A DNA stretch of 37,752 bases. It comes from Clostridia bacterium. Lineage in GTDB: Bacteria; Bacillota; Clostridia; Oscillospirales; CAG-272. This document shows, one piece after another, positions 17,146-28,049 of this stretch. A model generated the notes under the pieces. It made no database searches. It was not told the origin of the DNA and was given only the letters and a program-made list of their open reading frames with translations. The stretch's first letter is position 1. Every line of letters starts with the position of its first letter. The position numbers and the translations under genes are program-made. Location: positions 1 through 37,752 of the forward strand of contig JAFVXT010000160.1 in assembly GCA_017501005.1 (NCBI GenBank), written 5' to 3'.

Positions 17146-18609
17146 TTACGAAAGGAAGCCCTTATAGTTACGCATGGTCAGCTGAGCTTCAAGCTCACGT
17201 TCGGTTTCAATGGCAACACCGATGACGATCAGAAGCGACGTACCGCCGAAAGTGAAGGTGCTTGCGAAGTAGTTCACAGCACTGGCGAGTGCGGCGTCCT
17301 TGGTGACATAGGAGGAAGCCTTGAAGAACGGATCGAGAAGAGCCTCGATGACGGGCGAGATGACGAGGGGCTGCGCGATGATCGGCAGAACCGCGACGAT
17401 GCTGAGGAACAGCGCACCCATCAGCGTAACCTTGGAAAGGATCTTGGAAATGAACTCAGCGGTCGGTCTGCCCTGACGGATGCCGGGGATCATACCGCCG
17501 TTTTTCTTCAGATTGTTGGATACTTCAACGGGGTTGAAGGAAATCTGAATATAGAAGTATGCGAATGCGATGATCAGAACGAAGAGCAGAAGCGGATAGA
17601 ACCATCCGTTCGGCGAGAAGAACTTGTAAACACCGCTTGTCTGGCTTGTGCCGAGCATCATCATGATGGTGGCGGGCAGCGAGACGATGGAGGAAGCGAA
17701 GATGACAGGCATAACGCCCGACATATTGAGCTTCAGGGGGAGTTCACTGTTCTGGCCGCCGTACATCTTACGGCCGACCACGCGCTTTGCATACTGAATT
17801 TTGATCTTGCGCTCGGAGCCCGTGACAAAGATCGAGAAGACGGTCATTGCCAGGACGACGAACAAAATCAGCACTGCGAAGAAAATCGCGAGTGTGACGT
17901 AAAGACCGATGCTTGTGCCCTCACCGCCCGTATAGTTGGCGGCAAAGCCTGCAGTCGATGCACCCATATCCAGATTGCCGGTTGCGGTTTTGATCAGCTG
18001 ATACATCTTCATGACGAAGGAAGGAGCTGCCGCAATGATGTTGACAAACAGGATGAGCGAAATACCGTTACCGATGCCGCTCTCGTTGATCTTCTCTGCC
18101 AGCCACATGACGATGGCTGCACCTGCGCAGAAGCAGGTGACGATGACAAGACCGTAGAAGAAGGTCCAGCCTGCGCCCTTACCGGTAGCCGAAGCAATCA
18201 ACATACCGTTACGCTTCAGAAGCATGTAATAGCCGAAGCCGGTGATGATGGCCAGAATCACGGTAGCAACGCGAGTATGGCGGTTGATGATTTTCTTACC
18301 CTCTTCGCCGAGCTTTGCCAATCTTTCATAGTAAGGAAGGGCGACCGTCAAGAGCTGCATGACGATGGACGCGGTGATATAGGGCGAGATACCAAGAGCA
18401 AACAAGGTGGCCGTTCCCAGCGCACCGCCGGACAAGGTGTCCATGAATGCAAGAATCGTATCTCCGAACTGTGCATCGAAGTTAGAGGAATCGACAAAGG
18501 GAACGGGGATAACCGTACCGATTCTGTAGAGCACCAGAATCATGATGACGAACAGAAGCTTATTTCGGATTTCCTTAATTTTCCATGCGTTTCTTAAAGT
18601 CTGAAGCAT
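17146..18609 (-). CDS. secY: Preprotein translocase subunit SecY
   Basis: ALGISPYITASIVMQLL, GIGNGISL, IPGIRQG and FGGTSLLIV motifs. Confidence 0.98.
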   Translation of the reverse strand: MLQTLRNAWKIKEIRNKLLFVIMILVLYRIGTVIPVPFVDSSNFDAQFGDTILAFMDTLSGGALGTATLFALGISPYITASIVMQLLTVALPYYERLAKLGEEGKKIINRHTRVATVILAIITGFGYYMLLKRNGMLIASATGKGAGWTFFYGLVIVTCFCAGAAIVMWLAEKINESGIGNGISLILFVNIIAAAPSFVMKMYQLIKTATGNLDMGASTAGFAANYTGGEGTSIGLYVTLAIFFAVLILFVVLAMTVFSIFVTGSERKIKIQYAKRVVGRKMYGGQNSELPLKLNMSGVMPVIFASSIVSLPATIMMMLGTSQTSGVYKFFSPNGWFYPLLLFVLIIAFAYFYIQISFNPVEVSNNLKKNGGMIPGIRQGRPTAEFISKILSKVTLMGALFLSIVAVLPIIAQPLVISPVIEALLDPFFKASSYVTKDAALASAVNYFASTFTFGGTSLLIVIGVAIETERELEAQLTMRNYKGFLS

Positions 18610-19049
18610 TATACCACCTCAGTCTTTCCACCTGCTGCTTCGATCTTTGCCTTGGCGCTTTCAGAGAAAGCTGCTGCCATCACAGTAAGTTTTTTAGTGA
18701 TTTCACCTCTGCCGAGGACCTTGACACCGTCAAGCACGCGGCTGATGATGCCTGCCTCAAGAAGAGCGGTTTCGTCGACTACCGTGTTATCGTCAAATAC
18801 GTTCAGAGCGGAAAGATTGACAACGACGTAGGTCTTGCCAAAACGATTGTAGAAGCCTCTCTTCGGGAGTCTTCTGTAAAGCGGAAGCTGGCCGCCCTCA
18901 AAGCCGGGACGAACGCCGCCGCCCGAACGGGCGTTCTGGCCCTTGTGGCCCTTGCCCGCCGTTTTTCCGTTACCGGAACCGGGTCCTCTGCCTTTGCGGA
19001 AGTTGCTCTTGACCGAGCCTTCTGCCGGCGAAAGTTCATGAAGTTCCAT
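18609..19049 (-). CDS. rplO: 50S ribosomal protein L15
   Basis: [12 protein letters not shown] and [18 protein letters not shown] motifs. Confidence 0.98.
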   Translation of the reverse strand: MELHELSPAEGSVKSNFRKGRGPGSGNGKTAGKGHKGQNARSGGGVRPGFEGGQLPLYRRLPKRGFYNRFGKTYVVVNLSALNVFDDNTVVDETALLEAGIISRVLDGVKVLGRGEITKKLTVMAAAFSESAKAKIEAAGGKTEVV

Positions 19050-19078
19050 GTGTTTTCCTCCTTCAATCCAAATTCCGA

Positions 19079-19258
19079 TTAAACGGTTTCAACTTTGACC
19101 AGGTGGCTGAGAACTCTGATCTTGCCTGCGAGGACGGCGTCGTTTGCGTGAACAACGCTGTCACCGATCTTGACAAGACCGAGCGACTTTGCAGTCGCCT
19201 TCTGGTTCGGTTTTGCACCGATCAAGCTTTTTGCTAATACTACTTTAACTTGTTCCAT
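19079..19258 (-). CDS. rpmD: 50S ribosomal protein L30
   Basis: [14 protein letters not shown]...SLGL...SHLVKVE. The real start lies inside the longer track ORF, after GAGGAGG. Confidence 0.95.
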   Translation of the reverse strand: MEQVKVVLAKSLIGAKPNQKATAKSLGLVKIGDSVVHANDAVLAGKIRVLSHLVKVETV

Positions 19259-19269
19259 CATGCTCCTCC

Positions 19270-19770
19270 TCACTTCACACGATCGGGGCTGATGCCGCGG
19301 ATCTCTGCAACTTCCTGCAGAGTACGCAGAGCCTTGAGGCCCTCGAAGGTCGCCTTGACGACGTTGGTGGGGTTGTTGGAACGGAGGCACTTTGCACGGA
19401 TGTTCTTGATACCAGCAAGCTCGAGAACGTCACGGACAGCACCGCCGGCGATGATACCGGTACCGGGTGCGGCAGGCTTCAAAAGAACCTTACCTGCGCC
19501 GAATTCACCGATAATTTCATGAGGAATGGTTTCTCCATTGAGCGAAACCTCAATGAGATTCTTTTTGGCGTCTTCAATTCCTTTGCGGATGGCATCCGGA
19601 ACTTCAGCAGCTTTTCCGAGACCGAAGCCGACGTGACCGTTTTCGTCACCGACTACCATGATGGCAGCGAAGCGAGCGATACGGCCGCCCTTTACAGTCT
19701 TGGAAACACGGTTGAGAACGACAAGCTTTTCTTTGAGATCAAGCGTTGCCGCGTCAATAATCTTTGCCAT
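19270..19770 (-). CDS. rpsE: 30S ribosomal protein S5
   Basis: [10 protein letters not shown] and PGTGIIAGG motifs. Confidence 0.98.
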   Translation of the reverse strand: MAKIIDAATLDLKEKLVVLNRVSKTVKGGRIARFAAIMVVGDENGHVGFGLGKAAEVPDAIRKGIEDAKKNLIEVSLNGETIPHEIIGEFGAGKVLLKPAAPGTGIIAGGAVRDVLELAGIKNIRAKCLRSNNPTNVVKATFEGLKALRTLQEVAEIRGISPDRVK

Positions 19771-19827
19771 GTTTTTTCTCCTTAAATCAATCTTTCAAAT
19801 TGCTTTGAAATAGTGTACAAACCGGAA

Positions 19828-20187
19828 TCAGAACTGCAAGCCGCCTTCGCGTGCGCCTGCAGCAAGTTCCGATACACGCCCGTGATAAATATAGCCGCCG
19901 CGGTCAAATACGACTGCGGAAATGCCCTTCTCAAGCGCTCTCTTTGCGATGAGCTCGCCAACCTTCTTGGCTGCTTCCTTATTGGAGCCCTTGCCTTCGA
20001 AGGATGCTTCGTAACTGTTCGCGGAAACGAGGGTTACACGTGCATCATCATCAATGATCTGCGCGCTGATGTGTGCATTGGAACGATACACAGCAAGACG
20101 GGGACGAGCCGCGGTGCCTGCCACCTTGGCGCGCACTCTCTTATGTCTCTTAAGACGCTGTGCGTTACTATCTGTTCTCTTAACCAT
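19828..20187 (-). CDS. rplR: 50S ribosomal protein L18
   Basis: [10 protein letters not shown] and [12 protein letters not shown] motifs. Confidence 0.98.
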   Translation of the reverse strand: MVKRTDSNAQRLKRHKRVRAKVAGTAARPRLAVYRSNAHISAQIIDDDARVTLVSANSYEASFEGKGSNKEAAKKVGELIAKRALEKGISAVVFDRGGYIYHGRVSELAAGAREGGLQF

Positions 20188-20204
20188 TGCGTTAACTCCT
20201 TTCC

Positions 20205-20744
20205 TTATTTACCGGTCTTTCCGGCCTTACGGCGGATCTTTTCACCCGCGTACTTCACGCCCTTGCCGAGGTACGGCTCGGGAGGTCTCTTCTCGCGGAT
20301 CTGAGCGGCGATTTCGCCGACGACCTGCTTGTCAATACCCTTGACGATGATCGTGGTGTTATCGGGCAGCTCAAAGGTGATGCCGTTTTCTTCTTCAAAG
20401 TAGATGGGGTGGGAGTAACCCAGGCTGAGGACCAGCTGCTTACCCTTCTTCTCTGCCTTGTAACCGACACCGACGATCTCGAGCTTCTTAGCGTAGCCCT
20501 CGGTGACACCGATGACCATGTTCGACAGAAGCGTGCGGGTGAGGCCGTGGAGTGCGCGGTTTTCCTTTTCATCGTTCGGACGGGTGACGGTGAGCGTCTC
20601 GCCCTCCAGTGCGATCTTCATCTCAGGCTTGAAGGTCTGGGTAAGAGTACCGAGCTTGCCCTTGACGGTGACAGTGTTCGAAGCGTCAACCGTAACGGTG
20701 ACACCTGCGGGAACAGTAATGGGGGCTCTACCAATTCTTGACAT
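20205..20744 (-). CDS. rplF: 50S ribosomal protein L6
   Basis: MSRIG and [11 protein letters not shown] motifs. Confidence 0.98.
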   Translation of the reverse strand: MSRIGRAPITVPAGVTVTVDASNTVTVKGKLGTLTQTFKPEMKIALEGETLTVTRPNDEKENRALHGLTRTLLSNMVIGVTEGYAKKLEIVGVGYKAEKKGKQLVLSLGYSHPIYFEEENGITFELPDNTTIIVKGIDKQVVGEIAAQIREKRPPEPYLGKGVKYAGEKIRRKAGKTGK

Positions 20745-20761
20745 ATCTTTCTACCTCCCGC

Positions 20762-21160
20762 TTACCAGACAAAGGCGAGAACTTCGCCGCCGACGTTGGC
20801 GCGGCGAGCGTCTTTGTCGGTCATAATGCCTTTAGATGTGGAAATGATGGCGATGCCGAGGCCGTTCATGACGCGGGGCATATCCTCGCAATTGGTGTAG
20901 ATACGCAGACCGGGCTTGGAAACGCGGCGAAGACCGTGAATGACCTTCTGCTTGCCCTGTGCATACTTGAGGGCGATGCGGATGATGCCCTGCTTACCGT
21001 CCTCTACGACCTGATAGCTCTTGATATAGCCTTCGTTCAAAAGGATGTCGGCGATTGCCTTCTTCATGTTGGATGCCGGAATGTCAACAGTATCGTGCTT
21101 TGCATCGTTTGCATTTCTGATTCTGGTGAGCATATCAGCGATAACGTCTGAAATTTGCAT
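20762..21160 (-). CDS. rpsH: 30S ribosomal protein S8
   Basis: [19 protein letters not shown] and GGEVLAFVW motifs. Confidence 0.98.
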   Translation of the reverse strand: MQISDVIADMLTRIRNANDAKHDTVDIPASNMKKAIADILLNEGYIKSYQVVEDGKQGIIRIALKYAQGKQKVIHGLRRVSKPGLRIYTNCEDMPRVMNGLGIAIISTSKGIMTDKDARRANVGGEVLAFVW

Positions 21161-21274
21161 GTTTTTATCCTCCTAATGCAAGTTCAATTTTCTTGCTGCC
21201 GCGCTCTTGGCGCGGCGGCTGATTGGTGGTAAAAGCATTTCGCTTTCCTGCCAATAGATGAGAGAATAGTGAGT

Positions 21275-21460
21275 TTACCAGCTTGCCTTTCTGACACCCG
21301 GGATCTCGCCCTTGTATGCGAGCTCGCGGAAGCAGATGCGGCAGATGCCGTACTTACGCATATAAGCGTGGGGTCTTCCGCAGATCTTGCAACGGGTGTA
21401 AGCGCGCGTGGAGAACTTAGGGGTTCTCTGCTGCTTCAAAACCATGGATTTCTTTGCCAT
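21275..21460 (-). CDS. rpsN: 30S ribosomal protein S14, type Z (Zn-binding)
   Basis: 61 aa with CKICGR...CRICFRE. Confidence 0.98.
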   Translation of the reverse strand: MAKKSMVLKQQRTPKFSTRAYTRCKICGRPHAYMRKYGICRICFRELAYKGEIPGVRKASW

Positions 21461-21474
21461 GTTGCTCTTCCTCC

Positions 21475-22014
21475 TTATTTCGCAAAGGGAGCGCCCATCA
21501 GCGTGAGCAGCTCTTTTGCTTCTTCGTCGGTTTGCGCGGTCGTGACAAAGACGATGTCCATGCCGCGGATCTTCTCAACTTTGTCGTATTCGATTTCAGG
21601 GAAAATCAACTGCTCCTTCAAGCCGAGGGCATAGTTGCCGCGGCCGTCGAACGCGTTCGGATTGATACCCTTGAAGTCGCGGACACGGGGAAGCGCGAAG
21701 CTGAAAAGTCTATCCATGAATTCATACATTCTGTCGCCGCGAAGGGTAACCTTTGCGCCGATCTTCATGCCTTCTCTGAGCTTGAAGTTTGCGACAGACT
21801 TCTTTGCGTAGGTGGGAACTGCTCTCTGACCTGCGATCAGGGTGAGCTCCTCAATGATCGAATCGATCACCTTGGCGTTGTCCTTGGCATCGCCTGCACC
21901 AACGTTGATGACGATCTTATCGAACTTCGGAATCTGCATGGGGCTCTTGTAAGCGAACTTGCTCATCAGAGCGGGGGCAACTTCCGATACGTATTTATCC
22001 TTAAATCTTGCCAT
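21475..22014 (-). CDS. rplE: 50S ribosomal protein L5
   Basis: [16 protein letters not shown] and FPEI motifs. Confidence 0.98.
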   Translation of the reverse strand: MARFKDKYVSEVAPALMSKFAYKSPMQIPKFDKIVINVGAGDAKDNAKVIDSIIEELTLIAGQRAVPTYAKKSVANFKLREGMKIGAKVTLRGDRMYEFMDRLFSFALPRVRDFKGINPNAFDGRGNYALGLKEQLIFPEIEYDKVEKIRGMDIVFVTTAQTDEEAKELLTLMGAPFAK

Positions 22015-22029
22015 GTTCTCTTACCTCCC

Positions 22030-22356
22030 TTACAGACTCTTGCCGCACTTCACGCAAACGCGGGTCTTGATCTTCTTGCCGTTTTCTTCGGTGACAACGG
22101 TCTTGGTGCGGCGGGGAGCGTCGCACTTGTCGCAGTACAGAAGAACCTTGGACGCATAGATCGCACCTTCGGTTTTCACGATGGAGCTGACCTCGCCCTG
22201 CTTGCGGGCCTTGTTATGCTTGGAAACGACGTGGACGCCCTCGACAATGACCTTGCCCTCGGCGGGAGCGGTTGCGATAACCTTACCCTTCTTGCCCTTA
22301 TCGTTACCGGAGATAACCACAACGGTATCGTCTTTTTTAATATGAAGATGTGCCAT
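22030..22356 (-). CDS. rplX: 50S ribosomal protein L24
   Basis: KOW motif HIKKDDTVVVISGNDKGKKG; C-terminal CxxC...CxxC. Confidence 0.97.
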   Translation of the reverse strand: MAHLHIKKDDTVVVISGNDKGKKGKVIATAPAEGKVIVEGVHVVSKHNKARKQGEVSSIVKTEGAIYASKVLLYCDKCDAPRRTKTVVTEENGKKIKTRVCVKCGKSL

Positions 22357-22368
22357 TGCTCTACCTCC

Positions 22369-22737
22369 TTACAGAACCTCGGGAGCGAGGGAGAGGATCT
22401 TGGTGAAGTCCTTTTCACGAAGCTCTCTTGCTACCGGGCCAAAAATACGTGTACCCTTAGGGGTATTGTCTTCCTTGATGACAACTGCTGCGTTCTCATC
22501 AAACTTGATATAAGAACCGTCTGCGCGGCGAAGGCCCTTGACGCTTCTTACAACAACCGCTTTGACAACGTCGCCCTTTTTCACAACGCCACCGGGCGCT
22601 GCCTTTTTGACGGCTGCCACAACGATATCGCCGATGTTGGCGTAACGGCGGCCGGAGCCACCGAGTACGCGGATGCACATGATTTCCTTGGCACCCGTAT
22701 TATCGGCAACTTTCATAAGTGTCTGTTGCTGAATCAC
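22369..22737 (-). CDS. rplN: 50S ribosomal protein L14
   Basis: [20 protein letters not shown] and SLAPEVL motifs; GTG start. Confidence 0.98.
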   Translation of the reverse strand: MIQQQTLMKVADNTGAKEIMCIRVLGGSGRRYANIGDIVVAAVKKAAPGGVVKKGDVVKAVVVRSVKGLRRADGSYIKFDENAAVVIKEDNTPKGTRIFGPVARELREKDFTKILSLAPEVL

Positions 22738-22800
22738 TGATAGTTTCCTCCTTATTTCGGTAAGCGTTTGACCTACCTACTTGATTCATATGAAACTCGA

Positions 22801-23064
22801 TTATTTTGCTTTCTCCAGGATTTCGACGAGGCGCCATCTCTTGGTCTTGGAAAGCGGTCTGGTCTCGGTGACCGAAACCTTATCGCCGATGCTGCACTCA
22901 CCCTTTTCATCGTGCACGTGAATTTTCACGGTGCGCTTGATGATCTTGCCGTACTTGGGGTGAGGAACGTTGTCCTCGATGGCAACGACAACGGTCTTCT
23001 GCATTTTGTCGCTGACGACCTTGCCGACACGGACTCTTCTCATTTTCTTACGCTCTACGCTCAT
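22801..23064 (-). CDS. rpsQ: 30S ribosomal protein S17
   Basis: [11 protein letters not shown] and [11 protein letters not shown] motifs. Confidence 0.98.
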   Translation of the reverse strand: MSVERKKMRRVRVGKVVSDKMQKTVVVAIEDNVPHPKYGKIIKRTVKIHVHDEKGECSIGDKVSVTETRPLSKTKRWRLVEILEKAK

Positions 23065-23078
23065 GTTGCTTTACCTCC

Positions 23079-23267
23079 TTACGCATTCTTCTCGCGCAAA
23101 ACAGTCATCACACGAGCGATGTCGTGCTTCACGTCACCGATTTTGTGAGGATTGTCAAGCTGGTTAATGGCATGCTGAAAGCGGAGATTGAAAAGCTCGC
23201 GCTTGAGTTCAGTCAGCTTGCTTTCAAGCTGCTCTACGCTCATTTCTCTGAGTTCTTTTGCTTTCAC
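23079..23267 (-). CDS. rpmC: 50S ribosomal protein L29
   Basis: [14 protein letters not shown] and IARVMT motifs; GTG start. Confidence 0.97.
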   Translation of the reverse strand: MKAKELREMSVEQLESKLTELKRELFNLRFQHAINQLDNPHKIGDVKHDIARVMTVLREKNA

Positions 23268-23270
23268 GGC

Positions 23271-23699
23271 TTATACCTCCTCTGCTTGCTGCTCCTCGCG
23301 AGCGACGAACTTACACTTGATAGGAAGTTTGTGCATCGCAAGACGCATTGCTTCTTTTGCAATTTCCTCGGAAACGCCGTCCATCTCGAAGAGAACGCGT
23401 CCGGGCTTAACAACGGCAACCCAATACTCGGGCGAGCCCTTACCGGAACCCATTCGAGTTTCGGCAGGCTTTTCGGTGATCGGCTTGTCGGGGAAGATCT
23501 TGATCCAGACCTGACCGCCGCGGCGGATATATCTGGTCATTGCGATACGGGCAGCCTCGATCTGGTTGCTGGTGATCCAAGCGGGCTCAAGTGCAACCAA
23601 GCCGTAGGTGCCGTTCGTGATTTGGTTACCACGGGAAGCTTTACCGGTCAGTCTTCCGCGCTGAACACGGCGGTACTTCACTCTCTTAGGCATCAACAT
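23271..23699 (-). CDS. rplP: 50S ribosomal protein L16
   Basis: [10 protein letters not shown] and RMGSGKG motifs. Confidence 0.98.
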   Translation of the reverse strand: MLMPKRVKYRRVQRGRLTGKASRGNQITNGTYGLVALEPAWITSNQIEAARIAMTRYIRRGGQVWIKIFPDKPITEKPAETRMGSGKGSPEYWVAVVKPGRVLFEMDGVSEEIAKEAMRLAMHKLPIKCKFVAREEQQAEEV

Positions 23700-23701
23700 G
23701 A

Positions 23702-24472
23702 TTAGCGGCCTCCCTCTGTTCTTCTTTCGTTACGGTGAAAATCACGGCGAGGTGCGCGTCCGTCGCGGTTGTCGCGGCGGTTGTTGTCACCGTTGCGGCG
23801 AGGACGGCGCTCGTTGCGCTCACGGGGAGCTGCGTTGCCGTTGTCGTTCAGGATCTCACCCTTGTAGATCCAGACCTTGATACCGATCTTACCGTAGGTG
23901 GTATTTGCTTCATAGAAGCCGTAATCGATGTCAGCTCTGATGGTTTGCAGCGGAATCGTACCGTCATGGTAATGCTCGGTACGAGCGATCTCGGCACCGC
24001 CCAAGCGGCCGCCGCAGGAGATCTTGATACCCTTTGCGCCAAGGCGCATGGTTCTGCCGATGGCCAATTTCATGGCACGGCGGAATGCAACTCTTCTTTC
24101 GAGCTGAGAAGCGATGCTTTCAGCAACGAGCTGTGCGTTCAGGTCAGCGTTCTTGATCTCAACGACGTTGACGATCACGCTCTTGCCCGTCATAGCCTCG
24201 AGCTCGTTCTTGAGTGCTTCAATGGCTGCACCCTTCTGGCCGATGACCATACCGGGCTTTGCGCAGTGAATGAAGACACGGACGCGAGCGCGGTCGCGCT
24301 CGATTTCGATTTTGGGTACGCCGGCACCCTGCAGCTTGTTCTTCAGATACTTTCTGATCTGATAGTCGGATACCAACGTATCACCGAATTCATGGTCACC
24401 CACAAACCATCTGGAATCCCAGGGCTTGATGACGCCAACGCGAAGACCATGAGGATTTACCTTCTGTCCCAT
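23702..24472 (-). CDS. rpsC: 30S ribosomal protein S3
   Basis: [11 protein letters not shown] and [10 protein letters not shown] motifs; Arg/Asn-rich C-terminal tail. Confidence 0.98.
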   Translation of the reverse strand: MGQKVNPHGLRVGVIKPWDSRWFVGDHEFGDTLVSDYQIRKYLKNKLQGAGVPKIEIERDRARVRVFIHCAKPGMVIGQKGAAIEALKNELEAMTGKSVIVNVVEIKNADLNAQLVAESIASQLERRVAFRRAMKLAIGRTMRLGAKGIKISCGGRLGGAEIARTEHYHDGTIPLQTIRADIDYGFYEANTTYGKIGIKVWIYKGEILNDNGNAAPRERNERRPRRNGDNNRRDNRDGRAPRRDFHRNERRTEGGR

Positions 24473-24476
24473 AGTG

Positions 24477-24830
24477 TCAGCCTACCTCCTTCTCCGAATT
24501 TTTTTCTTTGACCGCCAGCGTTACGTGGCTTGTTCTCTTCAGGATTCTGTATGCTCTGCCTTGTGCACGGGGCTGGACACGCTTCAGCGTGGGGCCGGGG
24601 CAAACAAAGCATTCGGAAACGTAAAGATTGGTCGTATCCATATGGAAATTGTGTTCTGCGTTCGCTACCGCGCTTTTCAATAGCTTGGTCAGATATTCGG
24701 ACGCGCTTTTCGGCGTATTCTTCAGAATCGCCATTGCCGTCTCGGTGTCCTTGCCTCTGATGAGGTCGAGAACGATCTTAACCTTGCGCGGAGAGATTCT
24801 CGCGTATTTAAGATATGCCTTTGCTTCCAT
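24477..24830 (-). CDS. rplV: 50S ribosomal protein L22
   Basis: RISPRKV and PRAQGRA motifs. Confidence 0.98.
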   Translation of the reverse strand: MEAKAYLKYARISPRKVKIVLDLIRGKDTETAMAILKNTPKSASEYLTKLLKSAVANAEHNFHMDTTNLYVSECFVCPGPTLKRVQPRAQGRAYRILKRTSHVTLAVKEKNSEKEVG

Positions 24831-24872
24831 AGTTCAGGCGTTGCCTCCTCTCGCAATTTTGCGATTCATTCA

Positions 24873-25154
24873 TTATTTACCGTTATTGGACGTTTTGGAT
24901 CCCGCGTGGCCCTTGAAGGTGCGGGTGGGTGCGAATTCACCGAGCTTGTGACCGACCATATCTTCGGTAACGTACACCGGTACATGCTTTCTGCCATCGT
25001 GGACAGCAATCGTATGACCGACGAATTCAGGGAAGATAGTCGATGCACGAGACCAGGTCTTCAGCACCTTTTTTTCGCCTTTATCATTCATAGCAACCAC
25101 ACGGTCGAAAAGCTTCTTTTCAACGTAGGGTGCTTTTTTCAGGCTTCTGCTCAT
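24873..25154 (-). CDS. rpsS: 30S ribosomal protein S19
   Basis: KTWSRAS and [11 protein letters not shown] motifs. Confidence 0.98.
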   Translation of the reverse strand: MSRSLKKAPYVEKKLFDRVVAMNDKGEKKVLKTWSRASTIFPEFVGHTIAVHDGRKHVPVYVTEDMVGHKLGEFAPTRTFKGHAGSKTSNNGK

Positions 25155-25188
25155 GTTTTAGTGCCTCCTTCTCAATATCTCGGCAACA

Positions 25189-26019
25189 TTATTTGCTGCC
25201 TCTGCGTTTCACGATGAACTTGTTGGTGCGAGCCTTCTTGCTTCTGGTCTTCAGACCGAGAGCAGGCTTGCCCCACGGGGTAACAGGGCCGGGACGGCCG
25301 ATCGGCGAACGACCTTCACCACCACCGTGCGGGTGGTCGCAGGGGTTCATGACCGAACCGCGGACGGTCGGGCGGATACCCTTGTGGCGGGGCTTACCGG
25401 CTTTACCGAGCTTCACGGTTTCGTGCTCGATATTGCCAACCTGGCCGATTGTTGCCTTGCAGTCCAGACGGATGATACGCACTTCACCCGAAGGAAGTCT
25501 TACCTGAGCGACACCGTTCTCCTTGGCCATCAGCTGTGCAGCCGAGCCTGCGGAACGGACGAGCTGTGCGCCCTTGCCGGGGTAAAGCTCGATGTTGTAG
25601 ATGAAGGTACCGACTGGGATCGAAGAGATCGGCATGGTGTTGCCGGGCTTGATGTCGGCATTGGCGCCCGAGTAGATGACGTCGCCGTCGGTCAGACCGA
25701 CAGGAGCGATCACATAGCTCTTTTCGCCGCCTTCATGCTGCAGAAGTGCGATATACGCGGTTCTGTTCGGGTCGTACTCGATACCGACAACGGTTGCTGC
25801 GCCTTCGATCTGACGCTTGAAGTCGACCAGTCTGTACTTCTGCTTGTTGCCGCCGCCGTGATGACGGACGGTGATCTTGCCGTAGCTGTTGCGTCCGGCG
25901 TGTTTCTTTTTGATCTGAATGAGGCTCTTTTCGGGGGTAAACTTGGTTACCTCGTCAAAGGAAGGAGCCTGCATATTTCTGCGCGACGGAGTTGTCGGCT
26001 TGTAATTTACGGTAGGCAT
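25189..26019 (-). CDS. rplB: 50S ribosomal protein L2
   Basis: EYDPNRTA and [13 protein letters not shown] motifs. Confidence 0.98.
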   Translation of the reverse strand: MPTVNYKPTTPSRRNMQAPSFDEVTKFTPEKSLIQIKKKHAGRNSYGKITVRHHGGGNKQKYRLVDFKRQIEGAATVVGIEYDPNRTAYIALLQHEGGEKSYVIAPVGLTDGDVIYSGANADIKPGNTMPISSIPVGTFIYNIELYPGKGAQLVRSAGSAAQLMAKENGVAQVRLPSGEVRIIRLDCKATIGQVGNIEHETVKLGKAGKPRHKGIRPTVRGSVMNPCDHPHGGGEGRSPIGRPGPVTPWGKPALGLKTRSKKARTNKFIVKRRGSK

Positions 26020-26037
26020 TCCGTGTTAACCTCCTAC

Positions 26038-26331
26038 TCAATTCATGCTGTCGAAGAAGGCAATGCTCTTGGAGTCGGGCTTCAAGGTAACGATTGCTTT
26101 CTTCCACTCGCTGGTGGAGCCGAAATGGACACCGAGTCTTTTCGGCTTCTTCTTCATGTTGATGGTGTTGACGCTGGCAACCTTCACATCAAACATTTCC
26201 TCAACCGCACGAGCGATCTCGGGCTTGGTTGCACTCTTCATCACCTTGAATGCGTAGCACTTCTCTGCGAGAGAGTCGGTCGCCTTTTCGGTGATCAGAG
26301 GCTTGATGATGATATCAGCAACTGCTTTCAT
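26038..26331 (-). CDS. rplW: 50S ribosomal protein L23
   Basis: PLITEK and WKKAIVTL motifs. Confidence 0.97.
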   Translation of the reverse strand: MKAVADIIIKPLITEKATDSLAEKCYAFKVMKSATKPEIARAVEEMFDVKVASVNTINMKKKPKRLGVHFGSTSEWKKAIVTLKPDSKSIAFFDSMN

Positions 26332-26954
26332 TTCGCGTACACCTCCTGAATTTTCTCAACGGCCTCTTTTGCAACGATGAGGGTGTTGCAATTCAGAACG
26401 TCGTATGCGCTGAACGAATTGTAGACGGTCGTACGAACGCCTTCGATGTTCGCACAGCTCTTGACAACATACTGGTCAACTGCGGGCAGAATGACAAGAG
26501 ATTTCTTATCAGCGCCGACAGCCTTGAGCATTGCTGCCATGGTTGCGGTTTTGTATTCGGTAGCCGCGATCTTGTCCACAACCACCATCTCGCCTGCGGC
26601 GACCTTGGAGGAGAGTGCGCTGAACATTGCGATGCGCTTTTCCTTCTTGTTCATGGTGACGCGGTATTCACGGGGCTTCGGACCGAGAGCAACACCGCCG
26701 TGCGTCCACTGGGGAGCGCGGGTGGAGCCCTGTCTTGCACGGCCTGTACCCTTCTGCTTCCAGGGCTTCTTACCGCCGCCCGAAACCTCGGTGCGGGTCA
26801 AGGTGGACTGTGTGCCCTGTCTCTGGTTTGCGAGGTATGCCTTCACTGCGGTATGGAGGACAGACTCATTGACGTTGGCGGCAAAGATTGCATCGGAGAG
26901 TTCCATCTCACCGACTGCCTTGCCGTTCATATCCACAACTTTAATAACTGCCAT
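26328..26954 (-). CDS. rplD: 50S ribosomal protein L4
   Basis: KPWKQKGTGRARQGS motif. Confidence 0.98.
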   Translation of the reverse strand: MAVIKVVDMNGKAVGEMELSDAIFAANVNESVLHTAVKAYLANQRQGTQSTLTRTEVSGGGKKPWKQKGTGRARQGSTRAPQWTHGGVALGPKPREYRVTMNKKEKRIAMFSALSSKVAAGEMVVVDKIAATEYKTATMAAMLKAVGADKKSLVILPAVDQYVVKSCANIEGVRTTVYNSFSAYDVLNCNTLIVAKEAVEKIQEVYAK

Positions 26955-26972
26955 TTCAATTTCCTCCTTCCG

Positions 26973-27605
26973 TTATGCTTTCACAGAATCGCGGATGAAG
27001 ACGATGCCGCCCTTTGCACCGGGAACAGCGCCCTTCACTGCGATCAGATTTTTCTCTGCATCGATTTTGACAACGACCAGGTTGAGAATGGTGACCTGCT
27101 CGTTACCGTACTGGCCCGCCATCTTCTTATTCTTAAAGACGCGGGAGGGGGTGGAGTTCGCGCCCATGGAACCGACCTGGCGGTGTACAGGGCCCGTACC
27201 GTGCGTCATTCTCAGGATGTGGTGGCCCCATCTCTTGACTGCGCCCGTGTAGCCGTGACCTTTGGTAATGCCTGTGATGTCGACCTTTTCGCCTGCGGCG
27301 AAGGTATCGACGGCAATAACGTCGCCCACGTTGTACGCGCTGCAATCCTCAAGGCGGAATTCCTTCAAATGTCTCTTAGGCGAAATGCCTGCTTTTTTGA
27401 AGTGACCGAGCTCTGCCTTGGTGAGATGCTTTTCCTTTGCATCCTCGAATGCGAGCTGCAATGCTTCATAGCCGTCGTTCTCGGCGGTCTTCTTCTGTGC
27501 GATGGCACAGGGACCTGCTTCGATCAGGGTGACGGGAATCACATTGCCGACTTCGTCGAAGATCTGAGTCATACCCAGTTTCTTACCGATAATGCCTTTT
27601 TTCAT
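26973..27605 (-). CDS. rplC: 50S ribosomal protein L3
   Basis: GKKLGMTQ and KGAVPG motifs. Confidence 0.98.
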   Translation of the reverse strand: MKKGIIGKKLGMTQIFDEVGNVIPVTLIEAGPCAIAQKKTAENDGYEALQLAFEDAKEKHLTKAELGHFKKAGISPKRHLKEFRLEDCSAYNVGDVIAVDTFAAGEKVDITGITKGHGYTGAVKRWGHHILRMTHGTGPVHRQVGSMGANSTPSRVFKNKKMAGQYGNEQVTILNLVVVKIDAEKNLIAVKGAVPGAKGGIVFIRDSVKA

Positions 27606-27724
27606 TGTTTTTCTCCTCAGTTATTGGTTGACGCTTTTTGAATTTCGTTTTAAACGAAGCGCCAACATGACCGCAGGGTTCTGCGTTTGGAGGACCGTTC
27701 CTCCTATGGGGTTCGGGGTTTGCG

Positions 27725-28036
27725 TCAAGCCTTGATCTCGATGTCGACGCCTGCGGGGAGCTCTACGCTCATCAGGGCCTCAACCGTCTTGCTCTGGGGC
27801 TTGAGAATGTCGATCAGACGCTTGTGGGTGCGCATTTCGAACTGCTCGCGGCTATCCTTATACTTGTGAACCGCGCGGAGAATGGTCACAATCTCCTTTT
27901 CGGTCGGAAGCGGAATAGGACCCGAAACCGCACTGCCGTTTCTCTTCGCAATTTCCACGATCTTCTCTGCTGCGGCGTCTACGAGAGTGTGGTCATAGCT
28001 CTTGAGTCTGACTCTGATCTTTTCATTTGCTGCCAT
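27725..28036 (-). CDS. rpsJ: 30S ribosomal protein S10
   Basis: GPIPLPT and [16 protein letters not shown] motifs. Confidence 0.98.
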   Translation of the reverse strand: MAANEKIRVRLKSYDHTLVDAAAEKIVEIAKRNGSAVSGPIPLPTEKEIVTILRAVHKYKDSREQFEMRTHKRLIDILKPQSKTVEALMSVELPAGVDIEIKA

Positions 28037-28049
28037 TGTTTTGCCTCCT

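Noticed and set aside
19259-19390. N-terminally extended L30, and similarly extended starts for the ATPase, BMP, manA, phosphatase, nnr and upp
   Set aside because: These are longest-ORF artefacts. RBS position and homology support the downstream starts.
13599-22356. Zn-ribbon (C+) forms of S4, S14, L24, L36 and the Adk lid
   Set aside because: These forms are normal for Clostridia and are not novel.
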